NCBI GenBank assembly: GCA_001643675.2
Contig: LSRY02000001.1
Span: 2,542,001-2,606,000 of the forward strand
Direction of reading: 5' to 3'
Source of the DNA: Monocercomonoides exilis PA203
Lineage: Eukaryota > Protista > Preaxostyla
Length of the DNA: 64,000 nt
Made by a program: the position numbers and the translations under genes. The notes under the pieces were generated by a model. It saw only the letters and a program-made list of their open reading frames with translations, was not told the origin of the DNA and searched no databases. Shown piece by piece: positions 1-13,500 of this stretch (positions within the stretch are counted from its first letter, which is position 1; each line of letters begins with the position of its first letter).

Positions 1-1387
1 TTTTATTGAATTTTTATTGTATAATTTTAAATGCAATTCAAAAAGCGAGGGATTTAATGACTTTGAAGAAGAAGAAAAGAGGCGAAGGAGAAGGCAAAGA
101 AGAAGAAAGACAAAAATTCAAGATATGATGAAGATGCATTCCATTGGGCTTTGGAAATGAGTTATCTTTGGTAGAAAGACAATTTTTCGAGAAAGAAGTG
201 AAGAAAACGAGGAAGATTTTGAATGAAAAGAATGATCTCCAAATATTTCATGATTTTTAAAGGTGAAAAGGAAAAATCAAGTTGAATGCGTGAAAGATTG
301 AGAAGACAGTGCTTTAAAGAACACACAAAAATGGAAGAAGAAAAAGAGCAACGTTTGATTTTGCTGAATTTCAATCTGTTTATTTGTTGCTGTTTCTGAT
401 CGGAATTCCTCCGAGCTTTTCATCTCATTTTGTTAGCTTCAATCGTTTATTTATTAATTCAGCTTCTTCTTCTTCTTCCTCTTCCTCTTCCTCTTCCTCT
501 TCTTTAACATCTTCACTGATTCAAAGAAATGTTGTTTCATTCATTCTTTTCAACTCTCCGTGAATTCTTCTTCAAGTTTTGTCTTTTATTTCTATTCACA
601 AACACAAAGGCAATTTTCTCATCTGTCAAGAAGAAGCAGCTTAAGCACCGAGGCAATGGAATGGATGTGATATTGACATCCAATCAAAAAAAAAGGAGGA
701 TGATTCTTTCATTTAATCATTTGACTGTTGAATGAAGCGCAGATGAAATAAAGAAGATATATTGGAATAATTTCACTTTTGGAATGGACGATTGAAGTGA
801 AGGAATGCGACAGATTTCATAACGTGTCATCTCATTTGTGAGTGACAGAAGAGTCAAAAGGAAATGAGAGAAAGACAAAGAATTTGAAATGGAGAAGGAA
901 ACTGTCACAAAAGAAATATTTGAAATGACAAATGGAGATAGGATTATTGAGAGCAGATATTTATTTTTTTTTGTTATTTATGATAATTTGGTGATGATAC
1001 AATTGGTGAACAATCAGTTTTTCTGAAAGGGAAGTTTTTGATTTGAAAATGTTGGCTTCTGGAAATGTGTGAATGAAAATCATTCGAATGAACAAAATAC
1101 TCTGTTTTCTCAGTTATTCATGCACATTCTCCAAAAGATTCTTTCTTCTTTTTTTTCATTTGAATTCCCAGTTTCCATGTTTCAGTATTCTTTTTTGAAC
1201 ATTCTTTTTTCAAATTCAAATCATTAAAAATTGAAAAATTAAAAAAAAAAAGAAAACATTTTCTTCAGATATATTTTTCTATTTGCATTGTTGGAATTAC
1301 AGATCTGAAATGAAGCAAAACCTCAGTCAACCCCATTAAAAAATCTTCCTCTTCAAAAAAAACAAGGATAAGAAAAACGCTCAAAGT

Positions 1388-1417
1388 TCATATATTTATC
1401 AAATAATCTCCGTAATA
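1388..1417 (-). pseudogene. Displaced 3' end (YYGDYLINI*) of family gene copy A
   Basis: The minus strand reads TAT TAC GGA GAT TAT TTG ATA AAT ATA TGA, matching the paralog C-termini IFDYFVNV*, ISEYFVNI* and YYADYF. Confidence 0.88.
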
Positions 1418-1789
1418 GGTGAGTATTTTTATTGGCACCAGTTTTTTTATTGGCACTAAAAATTATTTTCATAATCTTCATTTCATTAAAGCTCATAAAT
1501 CTGTTTCATAACTTAAGAACAATAAACAAATAAAAATTAAGCTGTACGTCAAATATTTTTTCAAAAAACTTTCTCAGAAAAATGATCTAATAATTTTTAA
1601 CTTTTATATTTCGATCAATGTTTTGCTCGTATTTTCTTGACTGATTGCAGTTGCGAGTTTTTATCACGGAATTCACAAAAACAACTGTATTTTCCGTATT
1701 TGTTACTTATTTGTTATATTTTGAACCATTTATTTAAGTGTATTTTTGCATTTCACCATTTTTGTTAAAACATGCAAAATCAAATGAAT
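1418..1789 (+). repeat. Left terminal inverted repeat (372 bp)
   Basis: Reverse complement of 6826-7197, with no mismatch found by eye. Contains the motif TTTTTATTGGCAC twice (1426-1438 and 1444-1456). Confidence 0.95.
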
Positions 1790-2499
1790 GTGTATGTCTT
1801 GTTAAAAAATGTCATAAGAAATTGATAAAATAATCTTTATTGTATATTGTTCATGTTTTGAAAACGAATTTATATGGGTGATTTTTTTTGACACCAAAAA
1901 AAAAGATCAAAAGTCTTAAAAAAAATCAATTGTGGCATTTTTTGATCAAAGAGTTAAATCAATTTTTATACAAGCATTTAGCTTTTATTTCTGTCGTATA
2001 TATTTGTTTTATTTCCTTGGGACAATATTTTTTGCTTTATGAATTTTGTTCCATTCTTCTCTAACAAATATTTTTCTCAATTTTTGAATTTTTCTAAAAT
2101 TAATAACATAATTTCGGTTGATTTATAATGAAAAGATTGAAGAAAAAGTTTGGAACAAATCTCAATTTTTTTCTAAGTTGCAAAAATTTTTCCACCCTTA
2201 TGCAAAAAACATACCTCTTTTATGTTTTTTAATGAAAGAGAATTTTTTGATTAAGTTTTTTAAAAATTAACAATAAATAAACGAATAAAACTTCAGGAAA
2301 AAAGTAGAAGATTCAGGACTAACTTTACAATACTGATAATAGGAAAATAAAAACAAAATACATTGGAAAAGTTTGATATTAGAAAAAAATATTATTTTTT
2401 TGATTTTCAAAAAAGAGAACTGTTCGATATCTTTAATTTCTTATGATTTAACATCACAAAATCATCATTCCAGCTTTGTAGCTCAGCTTCAACAGTAAA

Positions 2500-5400
2500 A
2501 CAAAATTGAAAACTGTGGAAAAAGAAATGTTTCTAAGAATAACAATTGATTTAAATTCGTTATCTCTTTCTATTCACCTGATTATTTGGCGTTCAAACTT
2601 TCTTCTCCATCTCCTTTGTTCTTCATCCATAAATTTCCATTATTGCTTCTTTGACATTCTCATTCTGCAACGCACTCTAACGCTCCTTAATCGCCAAAGG
2701 AATTCATTCAGCTCATCCTGCACTTCCTCTTCTTTCTGCTTTTATTTCTTCATTAATTGCCACCTCCCCTGCCCTCTCCCTCTCCCTCGCCAACTGCACC
2801 ATCACAAACATCAACTCAGAACAGTTGAGCCAACAAACTGCCACCAATGGCGGGTGCATCTCATTCGCCTCATCTGCCTCTGCCAACTCGTTTTCAGTGA
2901 GCAACACAGCCTTCTCCACCTGCTCTGTGAGCGAGGATACAAGTTCTGGAGGAAGAGGCGGTGCTCTCATGATCGAGTGCAAGGATGATTCACAAGTGTC
3001 ATCCACAACCTTTTCCATCACCAATATCGTGTTTTCAACCAACAAGGCCAGTATCGGAAGTAATATGTATTTTGTTTGAGAATCCCTTGTTGTTTCTGTG
3101 AACGAGTCTTCCTTCGCCTTCATGAGAAGCATCACTCAATAATAAAATACGATTGTTGGACACGATAGAACGCAAATGTTTAACGATTGAGATGTTGACT
3201 TATTTATATTTCTCAGTTGACAATATGCAAACACAGTAGATATTAGTAGAGTGTCTGGTGTCAAGGAAGTGAATCGTGGTTTGGAGAAATGATCATGTTT
3301 GAATGAGAACGACGGGATTGGACTCCTGAAAAATGCGCAGAAAAATGTAGCAAAGACGAAGATAAAGGAGAAGATAAAATAAGCAGAAGATGAAGATGAA
3401 GACGCTGTTGTAGCAACAGAATTGCCTGTCTGTTTGTTTGTGTGTGCGTTTCTTGAAAAGTGAAAAGTCTAAAAAGGAAGTTAAAAATTTTTAATTCTAT
3501 TCATTCTTTTTCTCTCACTTTCTCTCTCCATCTCCTTCTCTTCCTCTCCCCTGGTTTTATTTTTTTTCTCTCTATCCCCATCTTCAGCCTCCATTCCCTT
3601 TGCTGCTTCTTTTCTATCTTAAGATTCCCTCCTTTCTTCTACTCTTTCACTTTCGTATTCTCACTGAAAATGTCGTGAGAAGGCGCAAAAGAAAAAATTG
3701 GTACGCAGATTCGGCTGGCGGTGTGTTTTTATACGGCCGAATGAAAATGTGGTGGAGTTGAAGAGGAGGTTAATGCAAGAATGAAGAGAGGATTTCTGTT
3801 TCTGGTGATGTGAGCTTGGCTGACTAGAATAGCTAAGCTTCAAAGCGGTCGGTGGAGGTATATCTGAGAAGGAAGAAGTATACGAGAAGGAAGATGTGAA
3901 GGAGAAGCAGTTACAAAAGAAGGAGATACTGATAATAAAAAAGCTCTTTTGTTGATTTTGCAGAAATGAAGAATAAGAATAAGAAGAAGAAGAAGAAGAG
4001 GGATTACAGATGGTATTGAGAAGAACAACGCTGTCAGCTGCAACGGCGAGATCATTGGCGTTGAGATGCTCGATGGAGGAGCTTGAGCCATAGCCGAACA
4101 CGAGCAGTGAAGAGGAAACACTGAGAGCGGAGAGGTTGGCGTGGGAGATAAAGAATGAAGAAATGTGAAGAGAACGAAGAGTGGGGCAGGAGAGATGGAA
4201 GATATTTTAAAAGAAGATTGATAGAAGAAGTTTTCTCATGAAAACACAAAAAAGTGCGGAGTTGAGGTGGACATACTTGTCGGCTGCAGAAAAGAGGGAA
4301 GAGGATGCAGTGAGGGATCTGTCGAGAGGAGAAGAGGGAAGAGTGTGCAGATGCGAAGGAAGAGTGGAAAGAAATATTGCAGAAGGTGAGGATGCAGTTA
4401 TTGAGAAAAGCGACAATAGCAATGAGAAAGTTGTTGCGAAGAAAACAAGTACAAGATTATCCGAGGTTCAATCGACTCGGATGAAAGCAAGGGAGATCGG
4501 TGTATCGAAGAAGGAGGAGGCGAAGATTCAGAAGGCGTTGCAGATGGCGCGGGAGATATGGAGTGCAAATGTGGAGAGTAAAGCGCAGGGGGCAAGCGGG
4601 GAGCAGTACTGGCAGGAATAGGAGTCAGTATATTATTCGACGAATATCTGGTGGGTGTGGAAGAAGGTGATGAAGGGGAGGAGGAGAGATCAAGGACGGG
4701 GATGGTGTTGGTGTGGGAGGAGTCGGAGCAGCTGATGGAGGTGTTTGTGGCGAGGGAAGGCTGGGTGAAATCGAGGGAAAAGAGGTGCTCGTTGATTTGG
4801 TAGCTGATGCTGGAGCACTGGAGAAAGGCGTCCTCATCCACGAAGGCGTCGTTCAATGCACGGCAGTGGTTGAAGATAGGGAAATGGATAGAGTATTTTC
4901 GAACTCGGTGCAGTCGACAAAAATCTCGCTGCCTCTGACTGTTAAGCCGGAGCAGATGCATTATGTGAGGATTTATGATAATATGCCCAACAGCTACTCC
5001 AGTTAAAATGGAATGAAGTATCTCCTAATATTGTTCAGCCGAATGCCCACTTGCGAGCAAATCGAAGCCCGTGTCCTCTTTCACAAATGCCTTGTTGACC
5101 ATGATTGCCCAGAAATACTCACAAGAGAGATCGAGCGAGATGAATCGGCTGTGTCCAACTCAAATCCGTTAAGCTTATTGAGAAAGCTCAAGTTTGTGCA
5201 GAACTTGATCCTGTTTAATTGGCTTATATCCACAACAGCCTGAAGCATGCTTTTAATTGTCAACTTCTATTTGTCCTTCCTCGTATCGCATCCAGTTAAC
5301 ATCACATGCACAAGGGCAAACAACCTGATGGCATCAGCTGCATCCAAGAACATTTCGCCACCCAAGCCATGGCTCTGTTCCTCACTTATCATAGATAAGG

Positions 5401-6000
5401 CGGTACACTCTCAAAGGATGAGCCGTTTATCAGCAGTACAGCCCCTGTCGCCAGCTCAGCTGTAACATTACCTCCTCTGGCTTTTGTTTGGTTCCTCATT
5501 TCCTGCACTGCCTCGCCTCTTCAAACCCCTGCCATATTTACCTGCCTGCCATCTCAACTCCACTTCGGCACACGCTCAGAAATCAATTTTCTTCATTGAA
5601 CAGCATTGCTGCCTTCATGCTGTATTTATAAAAACAAACTGCATGTCATATTTTATTGCATTTCGAAGTCGCTCAGGATCGGCCTTTCAGAGCTTAATTA
5701 TACCTGCCTGATAAATTGTCTTTCCACATCTCAAAGTTTTCAGGTGCAACATGAGTTACGCTGTTGGTATGGCCAGTTGAATTGGAAGCTGCGCAAGCGG
5801 TAGAATGCACCAAAAGCTATCAAACTTCTGACTCAAACGATAAGTCAGAAAGATTTTTATTATCAATTGATGCAGAGTTATCAGTGAATTTGGAAGTTTT
5901 GCAAACAGGCAGATCAGCTATCGCAGCAAAGCATTGAACGATGTTGAGGTCCAGATAACAGAAGGAAGCTTAAAAAAAGAGGAAGCGGAAGAAGGATTGT
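2500..6000 (-). pseudogene. Decayed protein-coding-like cargo inside the TIR element (unknown helical protein fragments)
   Basis: GC is higher than in the flanks. Minus-strand ORF pieces (2713-3135, 4398-4961, 5081-5263) continue through scattered stops, e.g. ...EMFLDAADAIRLFALVHVMLTGCDTRKDK*KLTIKSMLQAVVDISQL... Confidence 0.5.
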
Positions 6001-6825
6001 CAGAGAGGAAGATGAGGGAAAAGAAGTGTGGATGTCTGAAAGGAAGTTGCAAAAACGCTTAGGGAGCTTTTGATTTGTCTAAAGAAAAACTTCCTGAATT
6101 GTATAGATTCTTATCTTAACATTTTTTCATTAATAATTTTTCTATAACTTTTTTAAATCAAATTTTTAAATCAATATCTTATTGAGTAACATTTGTATAT
6201 ATAAAAAAAAGAAACTTTCTATTGCTAATATGATAATGTATTTGTTGTTTAATCATTTTAAATGAAAACTGCCTTTTACATAGAGAGTTTATAATAAATA
6301 ATTACTGCTTAAAAAAAACCAATCAGATTATAATACCTCAATAACCAACAACATCGCATTTCTTTTTAAAAAAATAGTTTTATTTGTCATGAAAATTATA
6401 CCAGATATGTTTTATAATCTATTGAACGCGTGTTAAGTTCTCTTTATTAAAGTTTTGCAATTTAAATGAAAATTTTAAAAATTTTCTTTGAAAACTGAAA
6501 AAAACAAATATTAAATAATTAATATCTATAAATGAATAATAATAATAATAATATTTTTAGCAGTATTTTCGCATAATTTTTCTTCATTTTTTCTTATCAG
6601 CCCAACCCTTAATGAAATATATATTTGATCAAACGTCGGAATTTTTTATGATATCAAAAAAAATCACACATATTCAAAATAATAAAGAAATCAAAGGATC
6701 ACGCTTTTTAAAGAATTGCATTTTTTTAAGCAATGACAAATAGGCAATTATCAAATATCAAGAATTAATTTCTAAATACACCTTTTATATATTTTCAACT
6801 TCATGTGAATCAATAAAATAAAAAT

Positions 6826-7197
6826 ATTCATTTGATTTTGCATGTTTTAACAAAAATGGTGAAATGCAAAAATACACTTAAATAAATGGTTCAAAATATA
6901 ACAAATAAGTAACAAATACGGAAAATACAGTTGTTTTTGTGAATTCCGTGATAAAAACTCGCAACTGCAATCAGTCAAGAAAATACGAGCAAAACATTGA
7001 TCGAAATATAAAAGTTAAAAATTATTAGATCATTTTTCTGAGAAAGTTTTTTGAAAAAATATTTGACGTACAGCTTAATTTTTATTTGTTTATTGTTCTT
7101 AAGTTATGAAACAGATTTATGAGCTTTAATGAAATGAAGATTATGAAAATAATTTTTAGTGCCAATAAAAAAACTGGTGCCAATAAAAATACTCACC
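6826..7197 (-). repeat. Right terminal inverted repeat (372 bp)
   Basis: Reverse complement of 1418-1789. Identity ends at ATTCATTTG (6826-6834) versus CAAATGAAT (1781-1789). Confidence 0.95.
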
Positions 7198-8604
7198 TAT
7201 TTCGGAAGAAGATAAAAATTATCGAATTCCGAAAATCGAATAACAACATGAAAACTTGTGATTGCATCTTCATATCCTTCTTCTTCCATCTTTTCAAATA
7301 TCTTTCTTTTCATTTCTTCTCTGTCTTTTCCCCTCATTCTTTCCAATTTTTCTGAAATCTCCAAAAAGAAATCCAAATAACACCTTGTAAAATCGTCTTT
7401 TAATGTTTGTTGCTGAATCTCCGCCAGAAAAACATCAATGGATCCCCCTTTCAATAAGTCTTCAATCATCATAGCTCTTCTATGTACTGCGTCTCTTAAT
7501 GAAAAAATGCAATGATCGCAAAAATCTCTGCAATTATCTTTTGCGGCATAAAATAACAGTACAATTCCTTCAACAAGCAGAACAGATTCTTCATTCCATA
7601 ATTTGGACCGGAATAAGTAATGATAAACTGTATTGATCCATCTCCTGATAATTATCAATTCTTTCGCTTCTTTCGTTTCTTTTTCTTTTTTATCATCTTT
7701 TCTCTTCCGATCCACACACTTTGAAAGATCTTCCACCTCTCTTGTAGCCTCTCTTGCGAAATGAAGTTCTTTCGCAATCATTCCTTCCATGTTGATGTCC
7801 AAGGAAAACATTCTAAACAAAATCTTCCAAACTGACCAATATGCAAGTCTTGTCAGATTGCTATGTTTCTGATTAAATTTGATGATTTCCTTCAGTTCAT
7901 TCAAATGCAAAATTTTTCCTTTTCCCTAATGAAAAACAGGGGAAAAAAAATATCATAATATCAAAAATGAAAAAATAATATTCATACTCGGTATATAACA
8001 GTACTCAATGCAAGCAATGCGGTTTCTGCTTCTTTTTGTGTTTCTTTGCTTTCATCCTTGTTTGCTGCCTCTTTCAGAAGGCAGGACACACAAACTTTTG
8101 TCATGGTTTTATTAATGGACTAAAATTCGTTATGCAACAAAAGGAAGCATTCACAGAGATCAGTCAGAAACTTCTCGTTTTCCCTTCTTTCTTCTTCTCT
8201 TCTTCAACAATAAGATTTTTAATCCTTTTTCCCAATGAAGATCTTTCAAAGAAACTTGGAACAAATCCTTTCAACGAATAGAAACACCCCATGTGCTTCG
8301 GAAAAAGCAATATATTTCTTAAAGGAGTTTTCTTTCCCTTTGTGATTTTTGTTATTTTGTTGAACAATTCAATTGTGCAAGTTGTTTCGAATTCATGCTT
8401 GCTCATCTCATCAATCATCCATTCATTTCTTCAATTTTGACTTTCTGTTCATCCTCGTTGCAACCTTCAAGTTCGTCAAACAGTTCTTCATATAACACGA
8501 AAAGGGTGAAAAACTGTTTGTTTTTCATAACATTCAGGAATGAACAAACTCAAAAACTTGTCCACAATGTTCATTTCTTGAATTCCATCATCTCCAGCGT
8601 CCAT
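7198..8604 (-). pseudogene. Expanded three-exon hypothetical gene family, copy A (disrupted)
   Basis: Exon 1 MDAGDDGIQEMNIVDKF from 8604; introns 8486-8549 and 7926-7987. Family motifs LFDELE, NLTRLAY and KMEEEGYED are present. Frameshifts lie near 8419 (shared with copy B) and near 8175, and the C-terminus is cut by the TIR element. Confidence 0.85.
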
Positions 8605-10567
8605 TCTATTTGTGATTCATTCAGGATGCAATGAGCACAACAGTACTTCAAACAATGAAATTATCAGCAAAAACAAACTTCTTTTGTTATCTGACTGTTT
8701 GGAAATGCTTTTGATAAAATTCAAATTGAAATGTTTTTTTCAACAAACAAATGTGCAATATGTCACACAGCAAAACAAATGATTGTTTTGTATTTGAGAA
8801 GACACGCACACCCTTTTCTTTATTTTGATCAAACCAATAGCTAATATATAGAAAAATTATTCACTTTTCAGAAATTGAAGAAATAATTAAAAAAAATTTT
8901 CCTTTCAATTAATTCAACTTCGTTTGTTTTTCAAAAGAAATAGATGATGATTGGAAAAAAAATTTTTTTGTAGTTCCACAAAATAAAATGAACCTAATTG
9001 TGATGAAAACAAAATTAAGAAAATAAAATTTTTTTATAAAAAACGCCATCTCACTTTTTTTCATTTGTTTTTCTTTCAAATTTTGCCTGAAACATCACTC
9101 TATAAAAGGAAATTTCAGATGGTGTTCATTGAATATGCAAAGAATTATTTGTTTCGGACTATTACAAATGAGTTGAATGAAAAAGCGATCTTACAATGTG
9201 TTTTTCACATTTCTTGAATTTCAAGATGGGTGATAATTTTTGATTTTTGATTTTTCCAATCTTAATTTTTAAAATTAATTATTTGTCGCAAAAACTTTGA
9301 AATCAATCTTTTTTTAAAAAAAAATTATCAATGAACTTCTTCATTATTGGAGTCAACATGCATTTGAAAGACAATAATTTGAAAGAATGTGAAGCATTTT
9401 ATACAATTCTTTTGAAAATAACTGTCAATAAGAATATTTCTTATCCCACGAATAAATATATGATTTCAAAAATAATCACCCGGTTCCTAAATAATTACAA
9501 AATGTTTGAAATGAAATTGTCCTATGATAAGTTTTTTCATTCGATCAAAAAACATTGATAAATATGAATGATAATTTTTAATATCTTTCATTTCTTCAGT
9601 TTTCAGTTAGAAACATGGTTTTTTTTATTGGTATATTTAATCATGGTGATATATCCTGTTCATTATATTTATCACGAACATTAATGTTTGAGACAAACGA
9701 TAGATGATGAACTCTTTTCTCGGTATTATTCAGTTTTTTGTGACATTTCAAACAATTTCCAACAAATTCCAAATTATAGAAATAATAACATGAAAGCGGG
9801 ATTATTAAGATTTTTACATGGAAAGACTAAAGTGAGTAGTGAAAGGATCACAAAAATTTTTTAATATGAACATGAAGATTTCAAATTTATTTATTCCTTT
9901 TTCAAATTAAAAGGATTTTATCAAATTATGTTTAATAATAATTTTCAATATCATTCATATGAATTCAACTTTTATAAACTAAAAAACTTCATTTTTCAAT
10001 AACATATGAACAAGTTTTTCAAGTCACAAATACTGAAACAACGAAACTGGAATTTGAAATTGGAATTTAAAAAATGGAAAATGATAGTTCATTTCGATAA
10101 AAAATGTGATCATCATCTGTTTATATTGTTTTGTTTAATAACCATGTGGATGCAAATATTTTTGAAAATTATTTTTTGAATTTGTTCCTTTATATCCAAC
10201 AACAATAACAGGAACAAAAAATACATTTTTTTTTATCTTCAATTTCATTTGAATAAATTACTCTTTCAAACACTGAGACTCGATTATTTTTCACACATTT
10301 TTTATTGAAGAGATTGACATTATTATTATCCTTCATTTTCTCAATGAATAATTTTACTTATTTCCAATTATTGGTTCAACATGTTCGTTTTCTTAGAATT
10401 ATAAATCATTTTCTCAAATTTGCTAATTTTAATTTATTGAAATGATAAACTTTGATGATTCCAATGAATAATTGAACGTTTTTTAAATTGATGAATGATT
10501 TTTTAGATGATAACCCATATGCGAATAATTTGAGTACTTACTTTTTTGTTTGCGGCTCAAGTTGTGC

Positions 10568-13500
10568 ATGAGCCAGAATGATCGTTTGCTAATCGGGCGC
10601 ATACCGGATTATCAAGAGTTGAAACGTATTGTTCAAGTGGAGGACAAGTTCATTGTGCAGGAAAATGAAAAGAGAAAACAAAGCAAAATTGGCAGATGCT
10701 TTCAAAGAAACTGCTCATATTTTGTTTTGCATCTTTCATTGATTTTGGTGTGCTTTAATTCATATGATGTCTGAGCTGAGTATTTGACAAAATTTTGTAT
10801 GAAAAAATTTGTTATTTTAGATAATTGCTTTGGCTGCAGCAGTTGTCCTTTTATTTTGGGAAAGCGACTTTTCATTCCGTCATTGCTTTTATACGGTGAT
10901 GTCAGCTGTCTGTGGCGTGGGGCTGGCTGGATTCAACATCTCCAACTCGAAGTTTGGAACCCAATTGGTTCTGATGATAACGATACACCTCGGAAGCTCG
11001 TGTCTCTTGTCTCTTTTGCCGTTGGTATTGAAAAGAAGGTATATCCGGAAGCATTTCAACCATCCGGTTGTGAGGCAAACAATCGAACTTGAGGATGCAT
11101 CTCCGACTTCGAAGAAGGAGAATGAACTCAAGCAAGAGTTATTCGTTCAGTTCTCAAAGGAGCAAATAAAAAGAATTCCTCCATCGCCTATTTTCACAAT
11201 CCAGCTGCCAACGCAACGCGAGGGGGCTGTTTCCAAAAGGCGTCCAAACGAGCACATTACCTCTGCTCACACAATTCATATGCATCCTTCGCCACTTTCT
11301 GCGTCGTCTTCGCTGGCTTCGCTTCCGCCGAGGCCACAGAAAGCGAAAAGGGCGGAAGGCAAGCTGCCGAAAGCATCAGCCATTTCTTCTTTCAATGGGC
11401 ATCCTGTTCGGCCACCTTCAGTTGCTTATGCACCACACACGCCTCACTCAGCTGCCTATTTCGGAACTCAACAATTCATTCCAACTAACTCGCCATCATC
11501 GTCATCATCATCGTCATCGCCCTCTTCCTCTCCTCCTCTTCTTCCTTCTTCCTCTTCTTTTTCAACTTCTTCTTCTCCTTCTCCCTCGACTCCTCCAATC
11601 AGCGTAAGCACACATCCAATCACAGCTGCCCTCTTTCAGCCTCCGACTCCTCCGCGTGTATCGCTGAACTCCCCACATCCAATCATTTCTTCCTCTTCTT
11701 CTCTTTCTTCTTCTAATTCTTCTCTTTCTCCTTCTGCTTCTTCTTCTTCTCTTCCTCTGTCTCTTCCTCGTTCGTTTGCCAATCTTCCTCCTGCTTTCAC
11801 TTACAGCCCATCTTTCTGCGCTGCTTTTCCAGCAAAGCAAAAGTCTTCTCTTTCTTCATCATCATCAGCATCTTCAAATAGAAATGCCAATCAAAGGAAT
11901 TCTCGAAGGTTCCCTCGTCCCATTACTCTCAATCCTCCACACAAAATCAATTCGAAGTTGCTTTATACATCTTCTCCTCTCCCACCCCCTCTTTTTCCTT
12001 CATCTTCATCTTCCTCCTCAATTCATTTTCCAACATCTTCTTTTCATTCTTCCTCCTCCTCCTCATTTTCTCCCCCGCTGCTCAGCAACAGCAGCTCAGC
12101 CACAGCCACTCTGGCGCCACACGCAGCCCAAGTTCTGATTCAGCTGCTGGACGAAGCAAGAAAGGAGAGCAAGAAGCAGAGGGAAGAAGACATTGCGCGG
12201 AAAGGAAGAGGGAAAGAAGGAAAAGAGAAAGGAAAAGAGAAAAGAAAAGAAAGAGAGGGAGAAGGAGAAGGAGGAAAAGCATACTCGATTTGTGATGATG
12301 ATAAGACATCGAGTGTGATTGCGACCATCAAGAACGAAGGATATGTGGCACCAGCCACAGCGCTTAAGCGGAGGCACAGTGTGAGGTTTTTGCAGAAGAT
12401 GAGGGAGAAAAGAGCCAAGCAGAGAAAAGATGAAGAAATGGAAAAAGAAAGAGAGGAGTCAAATCGGAAGAGCAAAGCAGATGATAACAACGATGCAGAA
12501 AGAGGAATTGCGGGTGTGGAGGAGATGAAAGTGAAAGTGAAAAAGGAAAACGATATGGGAGAAGAAGAAGAAGAAGAAGGGATGGAAGTGATGGAGGAAG
12601 AGGAAGAGCAAGAGAAAACGACGCTGCCGTTGTATCTCTTCTCTTTGGAGTATCTTGGCATGGGCGAGATTATCCGCTCGATGATTGCGTATGTGCTGAC
12701 GTGGTATGTTTCAGGCACCCTGTTGCTTGCTGTCCCTTCCTTTTGCACTCCTTCCATCCGCCTCAACATTCAGTCGTGTCTGCAGCAGACTTTCCATCTT
12801 TCTGCTGCCACAGTGGCTGCAAACGAGGCGGATGCCCCCTGTTTTTTCCGGGTGTTGTGGTGGGGCCTGTTCACAGCAGTATCTGCATTCAACGGGGCGG
12901 GGCTGAGCATCACGCCTGCATTCTTTTGGGAGTCGATCAGAGGAGGAAACCATCTTGGAGCGATTGTTGGGGTGGTGCTGATGATTTTGGGGGGGCCAGC
13001 GATATTTATGCTTCCGTTTTCTGTGTGGATGAGGGGGAAGAGGAGGTATTTGAGGTGGAGAGAGAAGAAACAGAGGGAAGAGATGGAGATGGTGATGAGG
13101 ATGGAGGAGGAGGAGGAGGAGGCAAGGAAAAGAAGGAGAAGAAGAAACAAAGGAAACGAGGCGAAGAAAATAGAGAACACAGGGCAGGAGGAAAAAGAAG
13201 AAAAAGAAAAAGAAAAAGAAGAAGGAGAAGGAGAAGGAGGAGAAGAAAACAACTTTGATGATGAATCCAAATCAAAAAACCTGCAAAGCATTCATCCCTC
13301 CTCCTCCTCCTCCTCAAACATATCCTCGCAGCGTGTTCTGCAGCTGGAGCAAGAAGAGCTGGGAGGAGAAGAGGCGAACGGATCTGCTGGGTCGTGCCAG
13401 GCGATCGACTATGTGCTGGCGCATCCCCGTGAGATATACTCTTCTCTCTTCGACTCTGCAGAGCTGATCGTGCTTTCTGTCTGCTTCTTCTCTCTCTGTC

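Larger units (their letters stand above)
1418..7197. mobile_element. Non-autonomous TIR DNA transposon (5,780 bp, 372-bp TIRs, TA target-site duplication) carrying decayed gene-like cargo
   Basis: Begins GGTGAGTATTTTTATTGGCACC at 1418 and ends GGTGCCAATAAAAATACTCACC at 7197. TA lies at 1416-1417 and at 7198-7199. Removing the element plus one TA restores a reading frame (...LLPK-YYGDYLINI*). No transposase ORF was recognised inside. Confidence 0.92.

Noticed and set aside
1-1000. Purine-rich coding-like sequence at the window start
   Set aside because: It has frequent stops in all frames and no motif, so it is at best an unassignable remnant.
2506-5803. Transposase or Fanzor/TnpB gene inside the TIR element
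   Set aside because: No long ORF and no DDE/D, RuvC or zinc-finger motif was recognisable in the frames examined. A highly decayed or spliced one cannot be excluded without an HMM search.
7119-7355. 78-aa plus-strand ORF crossing the right TIR end
   Set aside because: It is a chance junction ORF antisense to family copy A.
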